A DNA stretch of 64,000 nt from Octopus sinensis (taxonomy: Eukaryota), in assembly GCF_006345805.1 (NCBI RefSeq), contig NC_043004.1:8246001-8310000 (forward strand), read 5' to 3'. The position numbers and the translations under genes were made by a program. This document shows positions 11,208 to 23,627 of this stretch, piece after piece (position 1 is the stretch's first letter; every line of letters begins with the position of its first letter). Below the pieces are notes generated by a model. It was not told where the DNA came from. It saw nothing but the letters and a program-made list of their open reading frames with translations, and did not search any database.

Positions 11208-11684
11208 GATCGTACTGATGAGTCCTACGGACGAAGGATTACGTAAGTGATTTATTCGTTAATAGTCGAAACCGGTATACTCTTTACTCTCTCTTTTACT
11301 TGTTTCAGTCATTTGACTGCGGCCATGCTGGAGTACCGTCTTTAGTCGAGCAAATCGACCCCGGGACTTATTCTTTGTAAGCCCAGTACTTATTCTATCG
11401 GTCTCTTTTGCCGAACCGCTAAGTGACGGGGACGTAAGCACACCAGCATCGGTTGTCAAGCAATGCTAGGGGGACAAACACAGACACACAAACACACACA
11501 TATATATATATACATATATACGACAGGCTTCCTTCAGTTTCCGTCTACCAAATCCACCCACAAGGCATTGGTCGGCCCGGGGCTATAGCAGAAGACACTT
11601 GCCCAAGATGCCACGCAGTGGGACTGAACCCGGAACCATGTGGTTGGTTAGCAAGCTACTTACCACACAGCCACTCCTGCGATT
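11208..11684 (+). ncRNA. Type-I hammerhead ribozyme split by a SINE insertion (11208-11280 + 11681-11684)
   Basis: GATCGTA-CTGATGA-[stem II capped by GTAA tetraloop]-GAAA-CCG-GTA-TAC|SINE|GATT. Rejoining gives TACGATT, which pairs with GATCGTA. Confidence 0.75.
11281..11680 (-). mobile_element. tRNA-derived CORE-type SINE family B (octopus OR-like), near full length
   Basis: Reverse complement has a tRNA head (gcaggagtggctgtgtggtaag..ggttcagtcccactg), a CORE-like atcttgggcaagtg, an internal TA/TG repeat and an (AGAGTAA)n tail. Confidence 0.92.
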
Positions 11685-11993
11685 AATTCTTGATTTTTTA
11701 TATAATTTTCAACTGCCTTGCCCGCCTATTGTTCTGGTGTCCGCTGAATTTTCTCTAGAGAACATTCTGTCTTTGTAGTTTGATCGTGGGTGATCTATTT
11801 CTAGCATATGGCTGTCCACATCGTGGTTTTTAGCTCTTAAAATATACACATGTATTGGAATTTTCTCTGATTTTTCAGATTTTTGTATGCTAGGCTAATG
11901 GTTTTAAATTGATATTAATTAAATTAATATTCAATTTATCTCCCTCATTATTTATATGTATAGATATGTATGTATATATATATGTATGTATAC

Positions 11994-12024
<31 letters not shown>

Positions 12025-12049
12025 TGTATGTATGTAGTATGTATGTATG

Positions 12050-12129
<80 letters not shown>

Positions 12130-12134
12130 AGAGA

Positions 12135-12368
12135 TACGGCGGTAAGCTGGCAGAAGCGTTAGCACGCCGGGCGAAATGTTTAGCGATATTTCGTCTGTCT
12201 TTACGTTCTGAGTTCAAATTCCGCCGAGGTCGACTTTGCCTTTCATCCTTTCGGGGTCGATAAATAAATTACCAGTTTCGTACTGGGGTTGATGTTATCG
12301 ACTTTATCTCTTTGTCTGTCCTTGTTTGTCCCCTCTATGTTTAGTCCCTTGTGGGTAGTAAAGAAATA
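12135..12368 (+). mobile_element. SINE family A
   Basis: Head, core and gtagtaaagaaata tail match the other copies. Confidence 0.9.
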
Positions 12369-12532
12369 TATATATAAGAGATAATGGTGTTACTGAGACC
12401 CAAAGGTGCCAGGTAATGCTGAATAAGTGCTATAGACAGACCATAGTTAAGTTCGGTAATTTTGCGAATAAGGGGTTCTTATATATATATATATATATGT
12501 ACATACACAACAAAAGTGAAAGAAAGCTAAAC

Positions 12533-13020
12533 TTCCTTAACATGTTTCAGCATACTTCTGCCTGGCGGCAAATTTTGTAATTCACCTTGATACGAATAAA
12601 AGCTCTCAGGGGGCGAGACGAACAGGATAAATATTCTTAAATTACATTTAAATTACATAGTTTCAGGTTTAACTTTCAAATTAAATAAACAAATTTTAAA
12701 ATAACTAATTTAATAAGTTTGACTTTCCACAGCGCTATCGCTTCATATTTACGAAGAAACATGAATAATTTTCTTTTTTTAAATGGCTGTGGACGAATAA
12801 GCTAATATTTAAAAATTATTCATGTTTCTTCGTAAATATGGAGCGATAGCGCTGTGGGAAGTCAAACTTATTAAATTTAAATTAAATTAATTATTTTAAA
12901 ATTGATTTATTTAATTTGAAAGTTAAACCTGAAACTATAGTATACTATTGACTCAGTAATTTTGAAATACTTATTCTGTTCGTCTCGTCCGCTGAGAGCT
13001 TTTATTCGTATCAAGGTGAA
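12533..13020. mobile_element. Foldback (arms 12581-12772 / 12812-13020) with degenerate hammerhead-like motif on the minus strand at 12533-12612
   Basis: The arms are reverse complements with indels. The minus strand reads CTGAGA-GC..GC-T-GAAACATGTT, a PLE-type palindromic stem III. Confidence 0.65.
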
Positions 13021-13483
13021 CTGCAGATGTCTCTTTAAAGCAATATGCACGGAAATAGTAGCTTCTATCTCCTTCTACACACACACGCACACACACACAA
13101 GCACATACATACATATGTGTATACATGTATATGTGCGGATATGTGTGTCTGTGTGTGTATATCTGTGTATATGTATGTGTGTGTATGTGCCTGCATTTTA
13201 TATGCGTATATACTGTATAGAAACATGTTTGTGTGCGTGTGGTTCACTGAGCGAAACCTTTAAGTGAGAGATCCCCATTCATAACGACGCTGTCTGTCCA
13301 GGATGTAAACTCTCCCAGTTTAGTTGAAGATTAGATAGCAGAGGCAATCACTTTAAGACGGCTATCAGCTCATCACACGTGCTTATAACGTAGTCAACCT
13401 CTTGGCTTCACTTACAGAACCAGCTTTCACTGATATGACACGTTCGGTAAAATGATATTCACAAACTAATAAATAAATAGTTA

Positions 13484-13560
13484 CCACCACCACCACCACC
13501 ACCACCACCACCACCACCACCACCACCACCACCACTAACAATAACAAAAACCACAACAAC
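13484..13560. repeat. (ACC)n/(ACA)n microsatellite
   Basis: Direct reading. Confidence 0.9.
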
Positions 13561-14571
13561 AGAAATTCAATAATGTTTGTTTAATAGACATGATGATAAT
13601 AATTTCTTCTCACGAGGAATTTGTTCTTTATTAATGGAGGCAGATACAGTCACATGATTGACGCTACTGTTTCCAGCAAGGTCATGTGACCTAGCAGACA
13701 GAACAGCCATATTTCACCCACTGTCTTGATTAGGAAAGATAGAACGGTGTATGTTGTCACTGAAATACAAAAATGAGGGGTGATCACAACTGGAACATCT
13801 TTAACAACAGATCTGGTCGTTCAGGCCTGCTTCATTAGTCTGCTTTAGTATGTTTTCTTCTCGTGTCTTGTGACTCATAAAATTGATTACCTGGTTTCCA
13901 TAGCATGGTGATCAAAATCACAAAATTGACCCCTGAACGAAACGCCGGTCCGTTGCAAGGCCAGTAATTTTCTTTTTTGCTGGGGAGAGGCAAATCATTT
14001 ATATCGATCCATTATTTACCGATCCAGGAAAGGATAAAGTGCAAAGCTGACCTCGGTGTCATTTGAACTTAAATAGTAAAGAATCGGAATAAATGCCGCT
14101 AAGCATTTTGTCCTTCTGTCGGCTCGACGCCCAAAATTAATAAAACCAACAGATGTCGCTTTGGTTGTTTAAGCCATCCAGAAACAGAGTTCTTGTCATG
14201 AATATTCCACTCTATTTTCACACATAATATATTTAGGACTACATTATCCAAAGTTAGTGCTCTTATTTTCTATAACAGCAGGTGTGATTTCATGGTGGTG
14301 TAACGAGATAGAGCTCTTCCTCACCTCATAGGCACACCTGTGGTTTTCGTCTCATCTTGTTTGCTCATCATTACAAAGATGATCATGTATCATTTAAATC
14401 TGTCATATCATTACTTACACGTAAGCATAAGCTGAGGGGGGAGTTGTCAAAGGCCAGTATTACTCTCTCGTCATGGGGCCTACGTTGACCCGTAAGAATT
14501 TCAAGATGGCGGAAGGTAGGTTTGAATGTAGTAGACTAGTAGGATTGGTTTGTTGTCATAATGTAATTTCG

Positions 14572-14766
14572 ATTTCAAATTTTGGCTCAAAGCCAGCAAT
14601 TTCGGGGGAGAACTGTACGCAATTAAGAAATTAAGTACGCAACTGGTCCTTAATTTATCGACCCTGAATGGATAAAAGGCAAAGTCGACGTCGGCGGAAT
14701 TTGAACTCAGAATGTAAAAACGGACGAAATGTCGCTAAGCAGTTAATCCGGCGTGCTAACGTTTCT
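14572..14766 (-). mobile_element. SINE family A
   Basis: Reverse-complement core: aaggcaaagtcgacgtcggcggaatttgaactcagaa. Confidence 0.8.
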
Positions 14767-14791
14767 CATGTAATATTGACGCGTGTTTCAA

Positions 14792-14966
14792 GGCGCGAGC
14801 TGGCAGAAACGTTAGCACGCGAAATGCTTAGCGGTATTTCGTCTGCCGCTACGTTCTGAGTTCAAATTCCGCCGAGGTCGACTTTGCCTTTCATCCTTTC
14901 AGGATCTATAAACTAAGTACCAGTTGTGTACTGGGGTCGATCTAATCGACTGCCCCCCCCCCAATA
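14792..14966 (+). mobile_element. SINE family A (head-to-head with the preceding copy)
   Basis: Head ggcgcgagctggcagaaacgttagcacg plus family core. Confidence 0.88.
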
Positions 14967-15539
14967 TTGACTGGTGTTTTGCCGGCTTCCATGGTAAGGC
15001 CAACAGCAAGAAGAAAATATTTTCAATAGGTTTTTCTTTTTATATTTTTGTCAGCTGGAAAAGGGCACTGTTCAGGATCCTTTACAAGGGTCTCCGGGTA
15101 TGGGATTTGGAAGCAGAGGAAGAGAGGAAGTTTTCTCTAAACCGGACACCTGACTTGAATGCCTGTGGCATATATGATTCCACTGAAGTCTCCCCACCAA
15201 CTCGTAAGGCACGAGGTAGTGGTGTTAAGTTGGGTCACGGATCAACCCTACCAACCAAGTAAGTCAACACACAACGCACAAAGAGCTGGAACAACTACCG
15301 TATAGTATTTCCTCCGATGCTTTGACTTTTACGCTAATTCCACTACCACAGACTTTTTTTTATCGACTATGGAAAGGAGAAAGGCTAAGTTTGCCCGAGA
15401 AAGAGTTGAACTCAAAACGTAAGAACCAGGAATAAATACTTCAAAGTATTTAAGCCAATTATCTGACGAATCTGTCAGGTAAAGTTAAAAGGTACAGGTA
15501 ACGTTCAGACACTACTGTCTCGAGTCCTACAACTCATAG

Positions 15540-15762
15540 GACTGGTTACCCTTTGCCAAAACGCATAAACGACTGAGATCACAGTATTCCTCCTGGACAG
15601 GACGCCAGTCCATCACAGGTTGTCTCATTTATAGCCGAGTGGACTGGTGCAACGTGAAATGAAGTGTTTGGCTCAAGAACACAACGCAATGGCCGGTGCA
15701 GGAATCAAATCCACGATCTTGCGATCGTAGGTGCAACGCTCTATCTCCCTGCGCCACGTGGC
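15540..15762 (-). mobile_element. tRNA-derived SINE family C (V-domain-like)
   Basis: gaagtgtttggctcaagaacacaac is the reverse complement of gtgttcttgagc.aagcactt, also present at 23628 and 57860. Confidence 0.7.
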
Positions 15763-16288
15763 TTGACAACTGTCATTTTGCCGCCTTAAAGAGACTGGCC
15801 CTTAACTGAATGGCGTGGGGTTGTATCTGAGGCGAAATTAATCTGTATTTAATTTGAATCTCAAGAAACTGGAGAGAAATTTACACAGCAACCTTACGGC
15901 GGGGAAGATGTTTGGTTGTTAAGATCTGTTTCTTGTGTAAGGCGTGACGTTTAAGAACGTAAAAGACAAAAATAGGTCTGAGGTTAATGGGAAATGGCGC
16001 GAATAAGTTCGAGATGGAATTTTATAATTTGTTTTCGTTGGTCTATTATTAGAAGTGCAAAATAAATTCTGATTTATTTACTTATTTACTTCCTAAAAAC
16101 ATTATTTAAAAAGAAAACGGGAAAACACATTAGTCTAATTAATTGTCGTAAAGTGGCTTAATTTTTTAAGATTTCCCGTAAAAAGAAAAGAAATAGTGTT
16201 ATTGTTTTATTTTCTATATTATATAATGTCAGCAGAATGGTTCTAGGTTTAGTGTTGATACGTTATACAGAAAGCCGAGAAAGGGAGG

Positions 16289-16306
16289 CACACACACGCA
16301 CACACA

Positions 16307-16345
<39 letters not shown>

Positions 16346-16427
16346 ACACAGAGTTCATAAATACATACACACACAAATATATATGTATATCTGTATATGT
16401 GTACAGATAGGTATGTATGTATGCTTG

Positions 16428-16501
<74 letters not shown>

Positions 16502-16968
16502 CTATCTATCTATCTATCTATCTAACTATCTATACATACAGACACAAAATATTTGTGTTTGTGTATGTGTATCTACGCACACATGCATGAAGATGTGTAT
16601 ATATATATGTATAAAATTGAAAGAGGAGAAAGAGATGAAGAGAGAGCGAGTGTGTGTGTGAGATAAATAGATAGAGAGAGAGAGAGAGAAAGAGGGAGAC
16701 AGAGAAAGAGAGAGGGAGAGAAGTGAGAAGGAGGGAGAGAGAGAGAGAGAGAGAGAGAATGCGAGCACGTGTGGAAGAATGATAGAGAGAAATACCAATA
16801 TCAAACGGCTTTGTGAGTTATCAGAAGCATGAAATTAAAATTTTCCCATTCCCCCGAATTGATAGAATATAACCTAACACAAAGCCTGTTCTGTATATTC
16901 CCTCTCTCCCTCTCCCTCTCCCTCATACATACACATCCTTACTCTCATTCTTTTTTTTTTTGCGTGTA

Positions 16969-17047
<79 letters not shown>

Positions 17048-17062
17048 ATTGATAGATAGATA
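16289..17062. repeat. Compound microsatellite block (CA, TATC, GA)
   Basis: Direct reading. It explains several spurious ORFs. Confidence 0.9.
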
Positions 17063-17369
17063 GGAACGTATATACATAAGCTTTACACAGAATTCTATGT
17101 ATGAGTGTCTTATGGGTATTTATGTGTGGGTGTATGGGTGTGTTTAAAATTGGCACGAATCCTAATTCGTCGAAGTCAAGCCTTTTTCGCTGAGAGTGCT
17201 CTACAACTGATTAGAAATACATTAAAGCTGCTAAGAAAATGTTTATGATTACGAAGCAGATCGCCAAAGGAGAATCCATGAGGTACGAATACAATGAAAT
17301 GGTGCACATATTCGTAAAGATTAACGTATATATTACATACCGCCTAAATCTATAGTCCTGGAAACTTTT

Positions 17370-18190
17370 ACATTGTATTTAATGGTAGGTTTTGAAAACA
17401 TGTTTATAGGCGTGAATACAAGAAATCCCACCCTCCCTACTTGTGTTAAGGAGTCTACGTTTGAAATTTAAGATTTGGTATAATGTTTCCACTAAAGAGA
17501 ACAAAAGTCATTGCCAATTTTATAGGCAATTATTAATTTCAACTCCACAGTAAACATTTTATTCTTCTCCTTTAAGTCCCAAATAAATTTACTTAGATTG
17601 GTGTAAGACGACTTATTTTTATTATTAAATGTATAATTGTGATTTGCGATGCATCTTTTGATATAGTTTTGCGTTGCACCGACCTAAGAGAAATTCTTAC
17701 CTTCAGAATTCACTTTACATCTATACACGAGATTTTTTTTGTTTACAATAATTATTAAACAAACAGTTATTTCAATCTTTGCAATCACAATATATATTTT
17801 CATTTCTATTCATATTACTATTATGATTTATACGATAAGCGTTACTTCTATTCTTTAGGTTATAATGGAATTTAAAGTGGGTTGGTTCCCCTTGTACATT
17901 AGAAGAATAATTCATACATTTTTCACTAACATTATTTCCTAGAGTATTATTGTTGCATTTAATCGGATAATTATTGTTATAAAACTTTGATAATTTCCTT
18001 TCGTCAAAGGAAGAAATAATCTGAGACATATTCTTCGAAACAGAAAAATCCACACGCAGAAAACTGGAGTTAATTACATAATGATATCTATTTTCTTTGG
18101 TAAAATGTTTAGAAAATAGTTTGTATAAAGATCCAACTAATTCAATTTCTCAAATTGATTTAATTGGGTATGGAAATAATTGTAGGTGAA
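17370..18190 (-). mobile_element. Penelope-like element ORF C-terminal remnant (linker + GIY-YIG endonuclease)
   Basis: Minus translation: LFSKHFTKENRY..LRVDFSVSKNMSQIISSFDERKL..IYCDCKD..NLVYRCKVNSEGKNFS*VGATQNYIKRCIANHNYTF..TNLSKFIWDLKEK..FCSL..LLNTSREGGISCIH. Confidence 0.88.
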
Positions 18191-18408
18191 ATTGAGTTTG
18201 ATATTGTTCAGAATAGTATTTTTTTCTAATAAAGTGATGCCTATATTTCAGTTTTTTCTTTTTCAATTTCTCATACATAAAAAAAAGAATACTTACATCT
18301 ATCACTGCGAAGCTAAAATCTTTGGTTTTCTTAAGAGTATTTATATCCTTAATTCAGTTAGATTTGAACAATTACTGAATTAGATGAATATTAGTTTCCA
18401 CTGGTAAA

Positions 18409-18520
18409 ATGGCGAAGATTGAAGTCGATATTTCTATGAAGGACATTGCAATTCCACCCAAAATGGAGAACGTAAAGGACCCAATTCATAAAACAGTTGA
18501 ATTCATCCGTAGACTCAGAA
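18409..18520 (+). mobile_element. Penelope-like ORF N-terminus fragment
   Basis: MAKIEVDISMKDIAIPPKMENVKDPIHKTVEFIRRLR resembles the PLE ORF start (xSxKNIPIP..Y..LIxKxExFIxRMRW). Confidence 0.7.
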
Positions 18521-18546
18521 GCGACAGAAAAATCACTAAATTAATT

Positions 18547-19131
18547 AACCTTTGCGGAGGTAAGACACAAATTCTTATTCATTTAATCTTCCCACAATGC
18601 CTATATTAATTTAGTGATTCTTCTGGGGTATCGGGGCTTTTTGACTCCTATCTTTAGCAAATCAGGTATTTATTAGTGTCCACTTATATATATAAATACA
18701 TTCATATTTTATATATACTTATTAATTTTGCCTATTTACGCCTGAGGCCACTTTTAAGAATAATAATGTTCTTATATATATTTATAAATAATTTTACGTA
18801 ATTATTTTGTTTCAATAGTTCAATGGTGCTTGGACATTGAAACGATCACAGGTATGGTAGCAGTGGATAGCAGTGATTGCTACTTGTAGATTTCACAGAA
18901 GAGAATCGAGTACCTTTGGCGCTAAATTCGAAATCATGGTATCAGATTAACTGGCCATTCCTTCTGCAACCTTTGCGGAGGTAAGGTACAATTTTTATTC
19001 ACTTAATTCTTCCTACCATGCCTCTATTAATTTAGTGATTCTGTAGGTTCGAAGTTTTTTTACTCTTATCTTTATCAAACCAGGTGCTTATTAGAGCCCT
19101 CTTAAATATAAGTATAAATATATTTCATATT
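18547..19131 (+). repeat. Diverged ~160-bp direct repeat (18547-18710 / 18968-19131) with a hammerhead remnant between, PLE pseudo-LTR-like
   Basis: Both copies begin aacctttgcggaggtaag and share tattaatttagtgattct. At 18895-18940: CAGAAGA-GAAT..ATTC-GAAA-TCATG-GTA. Confidence 0.65.
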
Positions 19132-19132
19132 C

Positions 19133-19200
<68 letters not shown>

Positions 19201-19211
19201 GTGTCTGTCTG

Positions 19212-19290
<79 letters not shown>

Positions 19291-19373
19291 GCATGTATTT
19301 GTGTGTGTTTACGTCATCGTAATTTACCGGTACGACAAAAGAACCGATAGAATAAGTACTACGCGTTCAAAGT

Positions 19374-19423
<50 letters not shown>

Positions 19424-19436
19424 GTATATATATATG

Positions 19437-19514
<78 letters not shown>

Positions 19515-20349
19515 GCACACAAGCATAGAAGCGTATATCAAATATACGAATACATGTGTAAATATACACGCTTCTGCGCACATGATTTTTGCTAGTGCTT
19601 CTCTGCATTTATATAAAATATATAAGGAAGTAGGCGCGTCCACGTGTTGTCTATTTGTTAGCATGTATTCAGATATGTGGTTATATATATAAACATCCAT
19701 TTGTATGCGTGCAGACGTACTGTGGAGTTTTATTTTATGTATGTACTTTTTAATTTTACGTTTGTGTGAGCGGATGTTCTATTGTGTAAATGTGTGCGAG
19801 TGTGGTTCTGTGTAATGAGATAAGCCGTTCGAAATATTCATTTCAGTCAGTCTCGCTTGAAATCTGATCGATGTACATTTATGTAATCTACTTTGAGATT
19901 AGGGAGTGTTGGTAGATGAGTCTCCTGGGTACAGAACAATCATCTACCAGGATGCCGAAATGGTTGAATCCACCTAGCCCTCACAAAATGACACACTCTG
20001 CTACAATTTCAACGTTGTCAGCACATAACGGCGGGCTTATTTTTAATATTTTTTTAAAAACATGCTGTACGAACTTTAACTTCACTTTTGGGAGAACTTC
20101 GGGTTAAAATGACCCGCCATCCCTGCTTCCTCCCCGCCAATGAGATTGTTCTAGTTGCTCATTCTGCTGCTATATTTGAGTCCATTCCTCTCGCTCAGCG
20201 TATAGACTGGATCGGATAGGGAATGGTCAAGGCATGTTGCTGTGGTTCTGCTTTAGGATTTTGTAAATATGTCTACAGATTTGTGCTAACCGAAATCCTA
20301 GATACAATGGCCGTCGGAACTTACATAGCAACCACATATGATCTGTGTA

Positions 20350-20558
20350 GGGGGAACTTGGGAGAGTTGAGCTACAACAATTTTGCCTAAATCTATAAAT
20401 TATAAAACATAATTACTGCCACCTATTGGAAGCCCTTCTAGAAACGTTTCTGCTGATCGAATGCATTAAACAGGCGTAAGTAGTTTATTTCTTGAAAAAA
20501 TCAATTTTTACACCAAAAAGTAAAAGTTGGATTTGAAGGTAAGCATGTTCATACTTCT

Positions 20559-20597
<39 letters not shown>

Positions 20598-20611
20598 TAG
20601 TAGTAGTTGTA

Positions 20612-20656
<45 letters not shown>

Positions 20657-22635
20657 CATTTTGATTGAATGCGTTTTGTCATGTACCTATATCGTTTTTC
20701 TATCACTGGCCGTTAAAAAAACCGTGTGGCTAACGTTGCAGTTACAATGATGCCGGAAGTTAAGATGGAAGGAAATGGGAAGAGTTGGGACAGCTATAGA
20801 TGGGACAGCTATGTGTCCCAACTCTCCCTTTATTAATGCGTGGTGAAAAAACAATTTTAACCTGTTGATTTTATTACTTCCTGTGATAAAGAGAAAAAAT
20901 TCTGGTAGCTGTTAATGAGTTGTGTTTGGTTTCTAGTTTAAGTGCCTTGAAGCTAAACTGCATAGGGCTTCAATTCAACATAAAAGATTAATGTTTGATC
21001 TACCTACCTAAAATTTTGTGTATGGCTGAGATCGAAGAGCGAGAGATTGCGTCAGGGAAGGATGCAGTATCCGTGCTGCTGCCAAAGATTTCAGTATCGT
21101 AAGAATGACACTAAAATGATTACAACGAGCAAAACGAAGTGTTTGGGTACGAAAATTGCAGGATAAAAAAATATGACATTTTCATCAGAGATGGAAACTG
21201 AGTTATCGACTCACATAAAGACATTGGCTGAGCAGTTCCACGGACTCACACGTAAGTTGATAGTGGAATATGCATTAAGAAACAATGTTACGGTCCCTGA
21301 TTCCTGGCAACAAAACGGAATGACTGGCAAGCATTTTGGATATCCTTTAAAGAAAGAAACCATCAAGCAATTCGAACACCAGAAGCTTGCTAGAGCAAGT
21401 GCGTTCAATCGCTATAACATTGACAAGTTTTACGACAACTTAAAGGATGGTAAGGGTCTGCACAAGTTTGAATGCCACGACATTTATAATGCAAATGGAA
21501 CCGAATGCACAACTGTGAAGCAATCTGAAAATGTTGTTGTTGCAGAGGGAGTGAAAAAAGTAGGATCGATAACTTCTGCCGAGAGAGGACACTTTGTAAC
21601 AGTTGTGCATGCAGTTAATGCAGCAGGAAGTGTTGTTCCATCACTGCTGATCTTCCCACGAAAAAACAATAGGGATTATTTAATCGAAGTGGTCCTGCAG
21701 GGTGTATCGGAAGAGTCAATTCCAGTGGATGGATTAATGGAGATCTGTTTATGACTTTTATAAAAACACTTTATAGCCTTCACCAGGCGCAGGAAAGAGA
21801 AGAAAGCGTTGTTAATTTGGACAGTCACGAAACTCATCTGTTCCTTGCAGCCATTGACTTGGCCATAAAAATGGGATGATATTATTAACAATGTCTCCTC
21901 ATACAAGCCATATGCTTCAAACGTTGGATGTGAGCTGCTATAAGACATTCAAAACGGCATATAGTCGAGCAGTTGATAACTGAATGCGTTCCCATCCCGG
22001 AAATTCGATTACAAAATATGACATTCCTCAGTTCGTTTCCGATTCTGAGATACATGGTCTTACTGCTCAAAACATTATCTTTGGGGTTCAACGAACGGGA
22101 ATTTATCCCTTTAACCAAGATGTTTTCTGTGAGACAGAGTTTGCGCCTGCAGTAGTAACAGACTGAGATCTTCCAACAGTCTCTTATGAAAACCAAGGAG
22201 ATGTTCTCCAATCAAGTTTTAAAGAAACACCAGTTTCTTATTCAATGACAGAATCACCCAACATTTCCCAGGAGCCGTCAACGTCCCCGAAACTGCTACT
22301 CAGAATGTTGAACGAAGTGCAGTTCGAAATGCTTCAAATCATTTATATGTGGTTATATAAGTGTTTCATTTTAGCGTACAATCAATTAAAATATCACTTA
22401 TCCGAAGTCCCCCTATGTCTCGACTCTCACCACCCCCTGAGAGGGTTTGATCAAATCATTACCATTTATAAAGCATGCTCTCGTTTCAGTTTACACCCAT
22501 TTGAAACTATATCTCTGGCGTATATACGTTACAAGTCTATGAATGTTACAAGTTGGTAAAGAATTCTTTCTTATGTACAGAGAGTCCGTATCATATTGAA
22601 ATGTAAGAAATGACTCAACTCTCCCAAGCTTCCTC
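20350..22635 (+). mobile_element. Degenerate pogo/Fot1-like (DDE_1, CENP-B-type HTH) DNA transposon with TIRs and TA TSD
   Basis: TIRs TA|GGGGGAACTTGGGAGAGTTGAG and CTCAACTCTCCCAAGCTTCCTC|TA. Internal frames: SIRAAAKDFSI, ETELSTHIKTLAEQFHGLT, KVGSITSAERGHFVTVVHAVNAAGSVVPSLLIFPRK, SGWIN, LDSHETH, SHMLQTLDVSC. Confidence 0.9.
21060..22166 (+). pseudogene. Frameshifted DDE_1 (pogo/Tigger-like) transposase
   Basis: Motifs are spread over several frames with stops, and the first catalytic DE motif reads IYNANGT. Confidence 0.85.
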
Positions 22636-23627
22636 TATATATATATCAATCGGTTCTACCTTCGCTTATAGTACTTGGTTCTTGATGCTGTTCCTAAATT
22701 TCATGTCAGGATTGATCTCATAATCCCATGATCAAAAGTGTTTCCACCGTGAAACATGCCATCTTTTTCGCAGCCACATTATATTTATGGCTATATCATC
22801 GAACGAGTGCGAATATTTGGTTGCTAATCTAAATAAACAAATGCGTAGAAGCTCCCTTATTAGCATTATTCACAGAATTTATGTGTAGGAGGCATTTTTA
22901 TTTAATATTTTGTGCTGCCTGTGGTGATGCGAAATTAGATGGCATTACGGTAAAACTGTATTCTAACAAGTTCTCTAGGAATTCATAGGAAGTTCACAGT
23001 TACGCGTTTCGTTTTAATGTGTTGCATTGCTGCGGATTTTATTGTCGGCGTTTTATTGTTACGACTCGCAGCCAAGCGGAAGAACGCTGTAAAATGGCAG
23101 TTGGCATCTTTATGAAAGATACTTCTTTTAAATTTAGAACGTTTTATAATTGATACGATGTTGTGTAGTTGTTTTATTGCCTAATAAAAGTGCAGTGTTT
23201 CACAGAAAGGTCGTAATGTAGCGAGATATATTCAGCAGTATAATTCAACATGTGTTTATATACCTGAATATTTTTGGGTATTGTTAAAAAATTTTAATCA
23301 TTCCAGTCTATAAACACGGTTTTCATTGCATGCGAACTTCATAGGGCATTATGTTCAGTGCGTCATTTATTATATGTGTATTCCTAGACATAAGCATGTT
23401 TATACGAAGCTTTATCCTTATATGGAAGTTAAGAAAATTTGGAGTCTTTGTTAAAATACGCGGTTCTATCTTCAAACTGTGCGTAGAGAAACGTTATATA
23501 CGTATGCAGTGTGTATGTGTTTGTGTGTTGTCTGTGTGTTTATATGTGTTTGTGTGCGTCTGTGTGTGTTCATTATTTCGAACTGATTTACTTGAGATTT
23601 CAAAAGGAGAGTTACATTTTGGAAATA

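Larger units (their letters stand above)
10897..11954 (+). mobile_element. Retrozyme-like / PLE direct-repeat unit (113-bp direct repeats, internal hammerhead), interrupted by a SINE
   Basis: 10897-11009 matches 11842-11954 with 2 mismatches. The period is 945 bp, or ~545 bp once the SINE at 11281-11680 is removed. No coding ORF. Confidence 0.7.

Noticed and set aside
11215-11236. Short alternative hammerhead CTGATGA-GTCC-TAC-GGAC-GAAG
   Set aside because: It is followed by GAAGG rather than GAAA, with no stem III or stem I. The long fold using GAAAC at 11268 is complete. It may be a competing misfold.
19910-19975. TAGATGA..CCAGGA..CGAAA hammerhead-like stretch
   Set aside because: The core has two substitutions, there is no stem I, and TGGTAGATGA/TCATCTACCA forms a competing hairpin.
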